A stretch of 52,228 bases of DNA from Actinomycetota bacterium (GTDB lineage: Bacteria; Actinomycetota; Actinomycetes; S36-B12; UBA5976). This document shows, piece by piece, positions 8,594 through 18,928 of the stretch; the stretch's first letter is position 1, and each line of letters opens with the position of its first letter. The stretch is from NCBI GenBank assembly GCA_005789325.1, contig SXYE01000052.1, positions 1 through 52,228 on the forward strand, in the 5' to 3' direction. A model generated the notes under the pieces. It was not told the DNA's origin. It saw only the letters and a list, made by a program, of their open reading frames with translations, and did not search any database. Both the position numbers and the translations under genes were made by a program.

Positions 8594-9471
8594 TGGCAAT
8601 TTTGTTAAATGAAAATAGCAAAGTAATTGTGCAAGGAATGACAGGTTCTGAAGGTAAAAAACATACTGAACGAATGATTAAATCTGGTACAAAAATTGTT
8701 GGTGGTGTTACTCCTGGAAAAGGTGGACAAAGTTTAGAAGTAGCTGGACAAAACGTTCCAGTATTTAATTCAGTTTCAGAAGCAATGTCTGCAACAGGAG
8801 CAAATGTTTCTGTAGTTTTTGTGCCACCTAAATTTGCCAAAGGCGCTGTGGTTGAAGCAGTGGATGCTCAAATACCCTTAGTTGTTGTTATTACTGAAGG
8901 AATTCCTGTACATGACACTGCACACTTCTTTTCTTACGCACAGAAATCTGGCAAAACTAGAATTATTGGACCAAACTGTCCAGGAATTATCTCTCCAGGA
9001 TTAAGTAATGCAGGCATTATTCCTGCAGATATAACAGCAAAAGGATCAATTGGTCTAGTTTCTAAATCAGGAACTCTTACTTACCAAATGATGTATGAAT
9101 TAAGAGATTTAGGTTTTACCACCGCAATTGGAATTGGTGGAGACCCAATTATTGGCACCACTCACATTGATGCTTTGCGTGAATTTGAAAATGACCCAGA
9201 TACAAAAGCAATTGTGATGATTGGCGAAATTGGTGGAGACGCAGAGGAAAAAGCTGCCGAGTTCATAAAAGCAAATATCAAAAAACCTGTGGTGGCTTAC
9301 GTTGCAGGATTTACTGCACCAGAAGGCAAAACAATGGGACATGCTGGTGCAATTGTTTCTGGATCAAGTGGAACTGCTGAGGCTAAAAAAATCGCATTAG
9401 AAAAAGCTGGTGTAAAAGTTGGTAAAACTCCAAGTGAAACAGCACTTTTACTGCGCGCCGCAATAAAATAA
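8593..9471 (+). CDS. sucD: succinate--CoA ligase alpha subunit
   Basis: [15 protein letters not shown] CoA-binding N-terminus and a GHAGAI phospho-histidine loop. 292 aa. Confidence 0.97.
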   Translation: MAILLNENSKVIVQGMTGSEGKKHTERMIKSGTKIVGGVTPGKGGQSLEVAGQNVPVFNSVSEAMSATGANVSVVFVPPKFAKGAVVEAVDAQIPLVVVITEGIPVHDTAHFFSYAQKSGKTRIIGPNCPGIISPGLSNAGIIPADITAKGSIGLVSKSGTLTYQMMYELRDLGFTTAIGIGGDPIIGTTHIDALREFENDPDTKAIVMIGEIGGDAEEKAAEFIKANIKKPVVAYVAGFTAPEGKTMGHAGAIVSGSSGTAEAKKIALEKAGVKVGKTPSETALLLRAAIK

Positions 9472-9475
9472 GTTT

Positions 9476-10663
9476 GTGATTGATACTCCAGTACAACGAC
9501 ATAGTGTTGTAACTGCTGGACTCTTAGTAACTCTTTGGACATTTTTAATTACTTTTGGCTCTTCTGTAATTCTTATTTTTACAACTTGGATATTGGCAGG
9601 CGATAGTTCAACTTCTATTTCTGAAGCTTTCAAAGTAGTAATTTGGGGATATTTAGCAATGCAGGGAGTTCCCTTAGTTATTAACTCCACGATTTTATCT
9701 CTACCTTTCTTAGGTTTTTTGTTACTGACCTTACTTTCTTTATATAGATCTTCTAGGTGGGCAATTCGTTCTGCTTTGCACGAAGAAATGAAAAGGCCAA
9801 CTCTGATTTCATTATTAGTTGTTAGTGTTGCTTCAATTTCTTATTGCCTTGTGATTGCAGTATTAAGGTTTTTTGTTGATCCACTAAATATAAATTGGAT
9901 TTCTGTGATGTTAAAGCCAACTGTCATGGTTGTATCAATGTCAATTTTGGCTGTGGGAACTGTAGGGGGAACCTGGTCGTTAATATTTGATGATTTGGAT
10001 GAAGTTATAAAAAGAATCATCAAGTTAATCCTAAGATATTTATTACTTGTTTTGCTTATTGGATTTCTAGTTGTAGCTGTGGCAATTGGATTGAATTACA
10101 GAAATATGTTGCTTATCCAGTCCTCACTATTAGGAGGAATTGTGGCAGTAATTGCTGTGATAATATCAGGAATTGGTTGGTTACCAAATTTTATTTTGTG
10201 GGCATGGGCATGGATAACTAACTCCACTGTTGCACTGGGTGCTGGTTCAAATATTTCTTTAAATTCAGTGACTATCTCTCAATTGCCAGCTTGGCCTTGG
10301 TTTGGATTAATTCCAACAACATTGCCTTCCTGGACAAGGTATTTTTTTCTTATCCCAATATTTATTGGCGTCTTAATGGCCATTAGTACCAAGAATAAAA
10401 AAATATCTATTTGGATTGTTAGTTCATTTTTTGTGGCATTAGGAGTCTCAGCAATACTGAGTCTGTTGGGATTTCTAAGCTCAGGTTCTCTTGGAAATAA
10501 TTTATTACTAAATTTTGGCGTTTCACCAAAAGAAATCTTTCAAAGAAATATGACCTGGTTTTTAATCGGGCAAGCTTTTGTGATCTTGGTGGTCTTTGCT
10601 TGGAGAAAAAATAGACAATCTCAAATTACCCAACCAGTAGACGTGGATTCTGGCGAAGAATAG
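9476..10663 (+). CDS. polytopic membrane protein, PerM-like (DUF6350 family)
   Basis: 395 aa with about 10 hydrophobic segments. Its position between sucD and purH matches mycobacterial perM (from memory). Sequence identity was not verified. Confidence 0.55.
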   Translation: MIDTPVQRHSVVTAGLLVTLWTFLITFGSSVILIFTTWILAGDSSTSISEAFKVVIWGYLAMQGVPLVINSTILSLPFLGFLLLTLLSLYRSSRWAIRSALHEEMKRPTLISLLVVSVASISYCLVIAVLRFFVDPLNINWISVMLKPTVMVVSMSILAVGTVGGTWSLIFDDLDEVIKRIIKLILRYLLLVLLIGFLVVAVAIGLNYRNMLLIQSSLLGGIVAVIAVIISGIGWLPNFILWAWAWITNSTVALGAGSNISLNSVTISQLPAWPWFGLIPTTLPSWTRYFFLIPIFIGVLMAISTKNKKISIWIVSSFFVALGVSAILSLLGFLSSGSLGNNLLLNFGVSPKEIFQRNMTWFLIGQAFVILVVFAWRKNRQSQITQPVDVDSGEE

Positions 10664-10748
10664 AAAGAACACCCGGAGAAATTCTCTGGAAAATCTCACT
10701 TGGCTAGGCTCTGAGGAAGAAATACTGGGAAGGGATGGCCTCTTATTT

Positions 10749-12299
10749 ATGAGCAAAATAAAATTAACCAGAGCACTGATAAGTGTTTCCAATAAAGATG
10801 GTTTAGCACAATTAGCTAAAGCCCTTTACGAATCTAATGTAGAAATTGTTTCCACCGGTGCTACTGCACAACAAATCGCTGATTTAAATATTCCCGTTAC
10901 AAATATTGCAGAAGTAACTAAATTTGATGAAATCCTAGATGGCCGAGTAAAAACTTTGCACCCACAAATTCATGCAGGAATACTTGCTGATTCACGAAAA
11001 GGTGAACACAAAAAATCTCTTGCTGAATTGAATATAAAGGCATTTGATTTAGTGGTAGTTAATTTATATCCCTTTGGCGAAACAGTGGCCTCAGGTGCAG
11101 ATTTAGAGAGTTGTATTGAACAAATCGATATTGGTGGTACAGCTTTAATTCGAAGTGCTGCTAAGAATTTTGAAAATGTCTCAGTAATTGTTTCACCTGA
11201 TGAATACCCAAATTTAATTAGAAATTTGAATTCTGGAATAAGTCGAGAATTAAGAATGAGATGGTCAGCACAAGCTTTTGCCCATACCGCCACCTACGAC
11301 ACTTTGATTGCTAGATGGTTTTCTCGAAAAGTTACTCCTGAACAAGATTCACCATCTTGGGTTGGTGCATCGTTTACTAGGTCTCAAGTACTTCGCTACG
11401 GCGAAAATCCACATCAAACAGCGGCACTTTATAAAGGAATTAGTTCAGAAAAAGGTATTGCACAAGCAAAACAATTAGCTGGAAAAGACATGTCTTATAA
11501 CAATTTTGTTGATGCCGATAGTGCCCGTGCGGCAGTTTTTGATCACGTGGAACCATGTGTGGCAATAATTAAGCATGCCAATCCATGTGGCATAGCAATA
11601 GGAAAAGATTTAGCGACTGCTTATAAGAAAGCTTTAGAAGCCGACAAAGTTTCAGCATTTGGTGGGGTTGTAGCAACAAATAGAAAAGTTGATAAAGAAA
11701 CAGCTCAACTTGTTAATGAAGTGTTTACTGAAGTAATCGTGGCACCAGCTTTTGATGAAGATGCACTAAAAATTTTGCAAATGAAACCAAATTTAAGAAT
11801 TCTGCAATTGGCTGGTCCCCACATGGGTCACAGAGTTGAATGGCGCACAATTTCAGGTGGCGTTTTAATGCAAACAGTTGATGACGTTGAAGCAAACGGT
11901 GATGACCCAACAGAATGGAAATTAGTTGCAGGAGAAAAACCATCAGCAGAGGTATTAGCTGATTTAGAATTTGCTTGGCGTTGTGTTCGCGCACCAAAGT
12001 CCAATGCAATTGTTTTAGCTAAAGACGGTGGACTTGTTGGCATAGGGATGGGACAAGTAAATAGAGTTGACGCTGCAGAACTTGCCGTCAAAAGGGCAGG
12101 TAAAGACAAATCTAAATCAAGTGTTGCTGCATCTGATGCATACTTTCCCTTTGCTGATGCATTAGAGATTTTAATCAATGCTGGCGTGAGTGCTGTTGTT
12201 CATCCAGGTGGATCTAAGAATGATGATGAGGTAATTGCTGTAGCGAAAAAAGCTGGAATAACAATGTATCTAACAGGTGTGCGCCATTTTTCTCATTGA
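10749..12299 (+). CDS. purH: bifunctional AICAR formyltransferase / IMP cyclohydrolase
   Basis: 516 aa. MGS-like N-terminus (ALISVSNKDGL, VSTGATA, GRVKTLHP) and an AICARFT domain (GENPHQ, IIKHANPCG, GMGQVNRVDA, HPGGSKND). Confidence 0.97.
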   Translation: MSKIKLTRALISVSNKDGLAQLAKALYESNVEIVSTGATAQQIADLNIPVTNIAEVTKFDEILDGRVKTLHPQIHAGILADSRKGEHKKSLAELNIKAFDLVVVNLYPFGETVASGADLESCIEQIDIGGTALIRSAAKNFENVSVIVSPDEYPNLIRNLNSGISRELRMRWSAQAFAHTATYDTLIARWFSRKVTPEQDSPSWVGASFTRSQVLRYGENPHQTAALYKGISSEKGIAQAKQLAGKDMSYNNFVDADSARAAVFDHVEPCVAIIKHANPCGIAIGKDLATAYKKALEADKVSAFGGVVATNRKVDKETAQLVNEVFTEVIVAPAFDEDALKILQMKPNLRILQLAGPHMGHRVEWRTISGGVLMQTVDDVEANGDDPTEWKLVAGEKPSAEVLADLEFAWRCVRAPKSNAIVLAKDGGLVGIGMGQVNRVDAAELAVKRAGKDKSKSSVAASDAYFPFADALEILINAGVSAVVHPGGSKNDDEVIAVAKKAGITMYLTGVRHFSH

Positions 12300-13209
12300 A
12301 AAAGCAAGTGTTCCAATTTCAATTACTTTGGCATTTATTGCTGGTGTTGCTGCAACTTTGCAAGCAGGAATTAGTGGTCAATTAGCTAAAGAATTAAACG
12401 ATGGAATCATGGCCGCTTTGGTCTCAAATATTGGTGGAACAATATTTACAGCACTATTCCTTCTTAATCCCAATGTTAGGAAACAAGCAAAAAAACTTTT
12501 CAAAGCTGTTATTTCAGGAAATTTTGCTAAGTGGCAGTTATTGGGTGGGGTTGCCGGAGCCGTTTATATTTCAACAGCGTCAAGCACAGTAAGCATTATT
12601 GGCACGGGGTTATTCACAGTTGTTTTAGTTGCGTCTCAAAATGTAAGCGGAATTATTGTTGATAAATTCGGGTTTAGCTCAGGGGCAAAAAGAAAAATAA
12701 CACCAAAGAGAGCACTTGCTGTCGTTATTGGCATAGTTGCAGTTTTGCTATCAGTCTCAGAATTTGAAGGAAAAATTCTATGGTTACCAATTCTTGCCGT
12801 TGTCATAGCCGGTTTTGCTGTAACGATTCAGTTTGCTTTAAACGGTCGTGTTACAAAAGCTAGCAACTCACAAGTTTCTGCTTTTATTAATTTTCCTATG
12901 TCAATGTTTGCAGTATTAACTGTATTAATAGTGATGAACTTATTTGGTAAAAATTGGAATTCATGGCCAGATCAGTGGTGGCTTTATTCAGCAGGGTTTT
13001 TGGGAGCTGTGGTGGTATTTCTTGCAGCAGCGACAATTAGAACTCTAGGTGTATTACTTTTTGGATTAGCAAGTGTTGCTGGTCAATTGATAACTTCAAT
13101 TGCACTAGACGTGATATTGCCCAATGCGAACATAAATGTGGGCTGGGCTCTCATAAGTGGTGCAGGTCTCATGCTCTTGGCTGTCTACCTAGCAAGTGAT
13201 TTAAGGTAA
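12277..13209 (+). CDS. DMT-superfamily transporter (duplicated DUF606/YdcZ-like)
   Basis: 310 aa, about 10 TM. The pattern LQAGISGQLAK...AALVSNIGGT recurs in the second half (TIQFALNGRV...SAFINF). The GTG start overlaps the purH 3' end by 23 nt, and no other start precedes TM1. Confidence 0.6.
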   Translation: MCAIFLIEKASVPISITLAFIAGVAATLQAGISGQLAKELNDGIMAALVSNIGGTIFTALFLLNPNVRKQAKKLFKAVISGNFAKWQLLGGVAGAVYISTASSTVSIIGTGLFTVVLVASQNVSGIIVDKFGFSSGAKRKITPKRALAVVIGIVAVLLSVSEFEGKILWLPILAVVIAGFAVTIQFALNGRVTKASNSQVSAFINFPMSMFAVLTVLIVMNLFGKNWNSWPDQWWLYSAGFLGAVVVFLAAATIRTLGVLLFGLASVAGQLITSIALDVILPNANINVGWALISGAGLMLLAVYLASDLR

Positions 13210-13219
13210 TCTTTGATTT

Positions 13220-13570
13220 ATGAGCGCAACAACTCCTCAACCAAATTCTGAGAGTAGATCTTTACGCGCAGTTTCAATAAATGATAATCCAAGTAAATCT
13301 GGTCGTTGGCAAAAACTAATTAGTAGACAATGGCCAACACTTGTTCCGTTGCTGGTAACGGCTGTAGGAATTGTTTTGGCCACTCAATTAAATTTTCGTG
13401 TTGGTGCTTTAGTTTTTTCAGTAGGTGTTGTTGTAGCAGCTGTGTTACGTGCGTCACTTCCAAGATTCACTCTTGGCTGGCTATACGTGAGAACCAAATG
13501 GATAGATGTTTTGATTTTGGTTAGTTTCGCAGTTTTTCTTTTAACTCTTTCAATAGTTGTGCCCTCATAA
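13220..13570 (+). CDS. DUF3017-like small membrane protein
   Basis: 116 aa with WPTLVPLLVTAVGIVLA ... LRASLPRFTLGWLYVRTKWIDV ... VVP, the pattern I associate with actinobacterial DUF3017. Confidence 0.55.
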   Translation: MSATTPQPNSESRSLRAVSINDNPSKSGRWQKLISRQWPTLVPLLVTAVGIVLATQLNFRVGALVFSVGVVVAAVLRASLPRFTLGWLYVRTKWIDVLILVSFAVFLLTLSIVVPS

Positions 13571-13652
13571 ACCCTCTTCAAAGTTATTGACTAGAATTTC
13601 AATTGAACTTCTTACGAATACACCCTTTAATTTGAGAGGATCTGGTATCTAG

Positions 13653-14609
13653 GTGAGCAGATCAGGAAAAGTCGCAGTTATCGGAGCAGGATTTTATGGC
13701 TCCACTACAGCAATGCGCCTAGCAGAATATGACATTTTCGAAACCGTTGTTTTAACAGATGTCTTGGAAGGCAAAGCTGAAGGTTTAGCTTTGGATATGA
13801 ATCAATCAAGACCAATTCAAAATTTTGAAACAAAAATCATTGGCCAAACAACAGGACTTGATGGATCAGGTTACGAAGTTATTAAAGGCTGCAACATTGT
13901 TGTCATCACCGCTGGTTTACCAAGAAAACCGGGTATGAGCCGCATGGATTTAATTGAAACAAATGCGAAAATTGTTCGCCAAGTTTCAGAAAATATTGCA
14001 AAACATGCTCCAGACTCAATAGTGATAGTTGTTTCTAATCCATTAGATGAAATGACAGCCCTTGCACAATTAGCAACAGGTTTTCCAAAAAATAGAGTAA
14101 TGGGACAAGCAGGAATGCTAGATACTGCAAGATTTACTAATTTTGTTGCCGAGAAAACAGGTTCAAATGTAAATGATGTAAAAACATTAACACTTGGTTC
14201 ACATGGCGAAACTATGGTTCCAGTTCCAAGTCAATCTAGCGTTAAAGGAAAAGCCTTAAGCGAAGTTTTATCTAAAGAAGAGATTGACAATTTAGTTGAT
14301 AGAACTCGTAACGGAGGAGCAGAAGTTGTGGCTCTGCTAAAGACAGGTTCTGCTTACTATGCACCCTCTGCAGCTGCTGCAGAAATGGCAAAAGCAGTTG
14401 CTACAAATTCTGGACGCATCATGCCAGTGTGTGCTTGGGTAGATGGCGAATTTGGAATTAGCGGTGTTTATTTAGGAGTAGAAGCAGAAATTGGTGCTAA
14501 GGGAATAAATAAAGTTATTGAAACAAAATTAACCCTTGAAGAAACCACCGCGCTTAAAACTGCTGCAGAAGCTGTTAGAGCAAAACAAGCTGACGTTAAA
14601 GATCTGTAA
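13653..14609 (+). CDS. mdh: malate dehydrogenase, LDH-like (type 3) family
   Basis: GTG start. [15 protein letters not shown] Rossmann motif, [16 protein letters not shown] (Arg-containing substrate loop typical of MDH), GSHGETMVP. 318 aa. Confidence 0.9.
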   Translation: MSRSGKVAVIGAGFYGSTTAMRLAEYDIFETVVLTDVLEGKAEGLALDMNQSRPIQNFETKIIGQTTGLDGSGYEVIKGCNIVVITAGLPRKPGMSRMDLIETNAKIVRQVSENIAKHAPDSIVIVVSNPLDEMTALAQLATGFPKNRVMGQAGMLDTARFTNFVAEKTGSNVNDVKTLTLGSHGETMVPVPSQSSVKGKALSEVLSKEEIDNLVDRTRNGGAEVVALLKTGSAYYAPSAAAAEMAKAVATNSGRIMPVCAWVDGEFGISGVYLGVEAEIGAKGINKVIETKLTLEETTALKTAAEAVRAKQADVKDL

Positions 14610-14623
14610 AGAAAAAGGAAAAA

Positions 14624-15835
14624 ATGGCAAAAATTAAGGTAGCAAATCCAGTAGTAGAACTTGATGGCGATGAAATGACTCGCATCATTTGGCAATTCAT
14701 TAAAGATGAATTAATTTTGCCATACCTTGATGTCAATCTTGAATATTATGATCTCAGCATTGAAAATCGTGACAAAACAGATGATCAAGTAACAATTGAT
14801 TCAGCTAACGCCATTAAAAAACACGGCGTGGGCGTTAAATGTGCCACTATTACTCCAGATGAAGCAAGAGTTAAAGAATTTGGTTTAAAAAAGATGTGGA
14901 AATCTCCTAATGGAACAATCAGAAATATTCTAGGTGGAGTAATTTTTCGTGAACCAATCATTATTAGTAACATTCCCCGCTTAGTTCCATCTTGGACAAA
15001 GCCAATTGTTATTGGTCGTCATGCTCATGGAGATCAATACAAGGCCACAGATTTTGTTGTTCCAGGTCCTGGAAAAGTAACAATGACTTATCAGCCAGCA
15101 GATGGCTCAAGCCCAATGGAATTTCAAGTAGCTGACTTTTCAGGCTCAGGTGTTGCTATGGGAATGTATAACTTTGATGAAAGTATCAAAGATTTTGCTC
15201 GTGCTTCACTGAATTATGGTCTGATTAGAAATTATCCAGTTTATCTATCAACTAAGAACACAATTCTTAAAGCATACGATGGTCGCTTCAAAGATATTTT
15301 CCAAGAAATATTTGAAAAAGAATTTAAAAACCAATTTGATAAAGCTGGTTTAACTTACGAACATCGTTTAATTGATGACATGGTTGCAACTGCTTTGAAG
15401 TGGGAAGGCGGTTATGTTTGGGCCTGTAAGAATTATGATGGGGACGTACAAAGTGACACTGTTGCCCAAGGTTTTGGTTCTCTTGGTTTGATGACAAGTG
15501 TGTTAATGACACCAGATGGTAAAACTGTTGAATCTGAAGCAGCACATGGAACTGTGACGCGTCATTATCGTAAACATCAAAAAGGTGAACCAACTTCAAC
15601 AAATCCAATTGCATCAATTTTTGCGTGGACTGGTGGATTAGTTCACAGAGGTAAACTTGACAACAATAATGAACTAATCAGTTTTGCAAAAACTCTAGAA
15701 GGAGCTTGCATTAAAACTGTTGAATCAGGTTTGATGACGAAAGACTTAGCCCGTCTGATTAGCAAAGATCACCAATGGGCAACAACAGAGGATTATTTGG
15801 CAGGTATTAAGCGTCAACTGGATGCAAGCCTTTAA
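14624..15835 (+). CDS. icd: NADP-dependent isocitrate dehydrogenase, homodimeric eukaryote-like subfamily
   Basis: 403 aa. [61 protein letters not shown]. Confidence 0.95.
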   Translation: MAKIKVANPVVELDGDEMTRIIWQFIKDELILPYLDVNLEYYDLSIENRDKTDDQVTIDSANAIKKHGVGVKCATITPDEARVKEFGLKKMWKSPNGTIRNILGGVIFREPIIISNIPRLVPSWTKPIVIGRHAHGDQYKATDFVVPGPGKVTMTYQPADGSSPMEFQVADFSGSGVAMGMYNFDESIKDFARASLNYGLIRNYPVYLSTKNTILKAYDGRFKDIFQEIFEKEFKNQFDKAGLTYEHRLIDDMVATALKWEGGYVWACKNYDGDVQSDTVAQGFGSLGLMTSVLMTPDGKTVESEAAHGTVTRHYRKHQKGEPTSTNPIASIFAWTGGLVHRGKLDNNNELISFAKTLEGACIKTVESGLMTKDLARLISKDHQWATTEDYLAGIKRQLDASL

Positions 15836-15869
15836 TCTTTTCAAGACGATTGAGTAGCATCTTTAATAT

Positions 15870-17174
15870 ATGAGTACTTGGGTAAGTGCCCTTATTGTTC
15901 TGTTTTTCATCCTTGTTGGTGGTTTCTTTGCCGCGGCAGAAATTGCGCTAGTTTCACTTCGTGAAGCACAAGTTAAGAGAATCGCTGAAACAAAAGGTAG
16001 AAGAGGAAAACTTCTAAAAGAACTTCACGATCATCCCAATAGATTTTTAGCTTCTGTGCAAGTGGGAGTAACAGTTGCAGGTTTTATTGGTGCAGGATTT
16101 GGTGCTTCGAGTTTAACCCCAGTACTTTCACCAGTTTTAGATCTAATTTTCCCAAAATCTGTTGTCTCAGTTATCGCCTTTATTTTGATCACACTATTTA
16201 TTGCTTACTTCTCCCTTGTTCTGGGAGAATTGGTTCCCAAAAGGTTAGCTCTGCAAAATTCTGAAAGTTGGGCACTTGTTGCTGCTTACCCAATTGATAT
16301 TTTAGCTCGAATTTCCAGACCTTTTATTTGGTTATTAAGTCATTCCACAAATTTGATTGTGAGATTACTTGGGGGAGACCCAAGTGCAAGCCGCCAAGAA
16401 TTAAGTGGTGAAGACTTAAGAGATTTAGTAGCAGGACATGAAGAATTAAGTGAAAACGAGAGAGCTTTAATTGACGATGTCTTTGAAGCAGATGATCGTG
16501 AAATAAAAGAAGTAATGACACCTAGAACCGAAGTTGAATTTCTGGATGCTGAATCAACAATTCCTGATGCCGCATTGGTTGTTGAAAAACTGCCTCATAC
16601 CAAATATCCAGTTATCAATAAAACAGCTGATGAAGTTGTGGGATTTGTGCACGTTAGACAATTACTTTCTCTTGAAGCACGAAAGTCAAGCAAGCAATTA
16701 AGAGAAATAGCTATTGCTGTTGAGTCAATACCTGGAACAACTTCGGTTTTAAGTGCCCTTGCGCAAATGAGAAAAGGAAATCAGCATCTTTTAATCGTTG
16801 CAGACGAATATGGCGGAACTGCTGGAATCGTGACTTTGGATGATTTAGTTGAAGAACTTATTGGTGATATTCGACATGAAGATGACGAACCAGAAAGTGA
16901 AGTAAGTGAACTTGATTTTCATGGGGAAGTTGAAGTCGATGGATTAATGAATCTTGATGATTTTGCTGATTCAACTCATATTCATCTTCCTGAAGGCCCA
17001 TATGAAACAGTCGCAGGTTTTGTTATCGCCAAACTCGGCACTCTTCCAGCTGTAGGTAAAAGTGTTATCGCTGAACAATGCGTCTTTGAAATCTTGAGTA
17101 TGGATGTGCGACGAATTTCACGAGTCAGAGTAAGTCGAATTGAGCCCGGAACTAGCAATCATGGTGGACAATAA
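15870..17174 (+). CDS. CNNM/hemolysin-family membrane protein (DUF21 + CBS pair + CorC_HlyC)
   Basis: 434 aa. N-terminal 4-TM DUF21 (FFAAAEIALVSL, LGELVPKRLA), a CBS-pair region (VMTPRTEV...) and a C-terminal CorC/HlyC-like domain (ETVAGFV). Confidence 0.85.
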   Translation: MSTWVSALIVLFFILVGGFFAAAEIALVSLREAQVKRIAETKGRRGKLLKELHDHPNRFLASVQVGVTVAGFIGAGFGASSLTPVLSPVLDLIFPKSVVSVIAFILITLFIAYFSLVLGELVPKRLALQNSESWALVAAYPIDILARISRPFIWLLSHSTNLIVRLLGGDPSASRQELSGEDLRDLVAGHEELSENERALIDDVFEADDREIKEVMTPRTEVEFLDAESTIPDAALVVEKLPHTKYPVINKTADEVVGFVHVRQLLSLEARKSSKQLREIAIAVESIPGTTSVLSALAQMRKGNQHLLIVADEYGGTAGIVTLDDLVEELIGDIRHEDDEPESEVSELDFHGEVEVDGLMNLDDFADSTHIHLPEGPYETVAGFVIAKLGTLPAVGKSVIAEQCVFEILSMDVRRISRVRVSRIEPGTSNHGGQ

Positions 17175-17179
17175 GACTC

Positions 17180-18169
17180 ATGGCAAAGCCAAGTGTCTTA
17201 TCTGGAATTCAGCCCACCGCTGATTCCTTTCATATTGGAAATTATTTCGGCGCCCTTCGTCAATGGGTAAAGATGCAAGAAACACATGAATGTTTTTACT
17301 CCGTTGTCGATTTACACGCAATCACATCTGAATTTGATCCAAAGATTTTAAAAAAGAGAACACTCACATCTTTTGCTCAACTCTTAGCTGTGGGAATCGA
17401 TACTAAAAAAAGTACAGTTTTTGTGCAAAGCCAGGTTCCACAACATGCTCAACTTGCTTGGGTCTTAAGTTGTTTCACTGGTTTTGGTGAAGCAGGCAGA
17501 ATGACCCAGTTTAAAGACAAAACACAAAAAGGTGGTCAAGAAAGATCTTCGGTTGGATTGTTTACCTATCCAATTCTGCAAGCAGCAGATATTTTGCTTT
17601 ACCAAGCACAAAGTGTTCCAGTTGGTGAAGATCAAAGACAGCATTTGGAATTAACTAGAGATCTTGCGGTTAGATTTAATAATCAGTTTGGACAAACTTT
17701 TGTAGTTCCAGAAGCTTTTATCGTTAAAGAATCAGCCAAGATTTTAGATCTACAAGACCCAAGTTCCAAGATGAGTAAATCATCACCGCAAGGATGTATT
17801 TTTATCATGGATGAACCAGATGTGGTGATAAAGAAATTCAAAACAGCTATAACCGATAGCGGTAAAGAAATAAAATACGATCCAACAAATAAGCCAGGGG
17901 TTTCAAATCTTATAAGTATTATCAAGGCTGTAACAAATGAAGAAATTTCTGCTATTGAAGCTCAGTTTGCCTCTAAAGGATATGGAGATTTAAAGACATT
18001 CACTGGTGAAGTAGTTGTTGAAAATATCGTTAAGCCATTTAGGGAAAAAACCTTAGCCTTGTTGGCGGATGAAAAACAACTTAATTCACTAATGTCTGAG
18101 GGTGCTCAAAAAGCTGAAAAAGTGGCTGCCGCAACTTTGAAGAGTGTTTATGAAAAAGTTGGTTTTTAA
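17180..18169 (+). CDS. trpS: tryptophan--tRNA ligase
   Basis: Class I motifs FHIGNY (HIGH) and KMSKS. 329 aa. GEDQRQHLELTRD. Confidence 0.95.
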   Translation: MAKPSVLSGIQPTADSFHIGNYFGALRQWVKMQETHECFYSVVDLHAITSEFDPKILKKRTLTSFAQLLAVGIDTKKSTVFVQSQVPQHAQLAWVLSCFTGFGEAGRMTQFKDKTQKGGQERSSVGLFTYPILQAADILLYQAQSVPVGEDQRQHLELTRDLAVRFNNQFGQTFVVPEAFIVKESAKILDLQDPSSKMSKSSPQGCIFIMDEPDVVIKKFKTAITDSGKEIKYDPTNKPGVSNLISIIKAVTNEEISAIEAQFASKGYGDLKTFTGEVVVENIVKPFREKTLALLADEKQLNSLMSEGAQKAEKVAAATLKSVYEKVGF

Positions 18170-18176
18170 GCTTTAA

Positions 18177-18926
18177 TTACTTGCGGCGGGTAATTGTTTT
18201 ACCCAACCAAATCAATGGATCATATTTAGTATCAACAACGCGTTCTTTCATAGGAATAATCGCGTTATCTGTGATCTTGATGTGCTCTGGGCACACTTCT
18301 GTACAACATTTTGTGATGTTACACATTCCCAAACCATGAGATTCTTGTGCTTCTCTTTTTCTGTCTAATTCATCCAATGGATGCATATCTAATTCTGCTA
18401 GGCGAATAAAGAATCTAGGTCCAGCAAAACTTTCTTTATTTTCTTCATGGTCTCTAATTACGTGGCAAACATCTTGACATAAGAAGCATTCAATACATTT
18501 TCTAAATTCTTGGCTTCTTTCAACGTCAATTTGTTGCATTCTGTATTCACCCGGTTTGAGGTTCTCAGGACCTTTGAAAGCCGGTACTTCTCTTGCTTTG
18601 ATGTAGTTAAAAGAAACATCCGTTACTAAGTCTTTAATCACAGGAAATGTTCTAAGTGGAGTAACAGTTACTTGATCTTCTTCGTTGAAGGTATTCATTC
18701 TTGTCATACACATCAAGCTTGGTTTGCCGTTAATTTCAGCACTACAAGATCCGCATTTTCCAGCTTTACAATTCCAGCGCACAGCCAAATCTGGACTTTC
18801 AGTTGCTTGTAATCTATGAATTACATCAAGCAGCACTTCGCCTTCACTTACTTCGACGTTGTAATTGACTAATTCGCCTTTTTCTTTATTGCCACGCCAA
18901 ACTCGTAATTTTGCTAGATAACCCAT
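18177..18926 (-). CDS. sdhB: succinate dehydrogenase/fumarate reductase iron-sulfur subunit
   Basis: Cys clusters CKAGKCGSCSAEING, CIECFLCQDVC and CNITKCCTEVCP. 249 aa. 2-nt gap to sdhA. Confidence 0.9.
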   Translation of the reverse strand: MGYLAKLRVWRGNKEKGELVNYNVEVSEGEVLLDVIHRLQATESPDLAVRWNCKAGKCGSCSAEINGKPSLMCMTRMNTFNEEDQVTVTPLRTFPVIKDLVTDVSFNYIKAREVPAFKGPENLKPGEYRMQQIDVERSQEFRKCIECFLCQDVCHVIRDHEENKESFAGPRFFIRLAELDMHPLDELDRKREAQESHGLGMCNITKCCTEVCPEHIKITDNAIIPMKERVVDTKYDPLIWLGKTITRRK

Positions 18927-18928
18927 CG

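Noticed and set aside
10664-10748. ZTP (pfl) riboswitch upstream of purH
   Set aside because: This is the expected context, but the gap has none of the conserved elements I remember (a GGGTCGTGAC-like P1 region, or the CCGCCTGGGC 3' pseudoknot segment).
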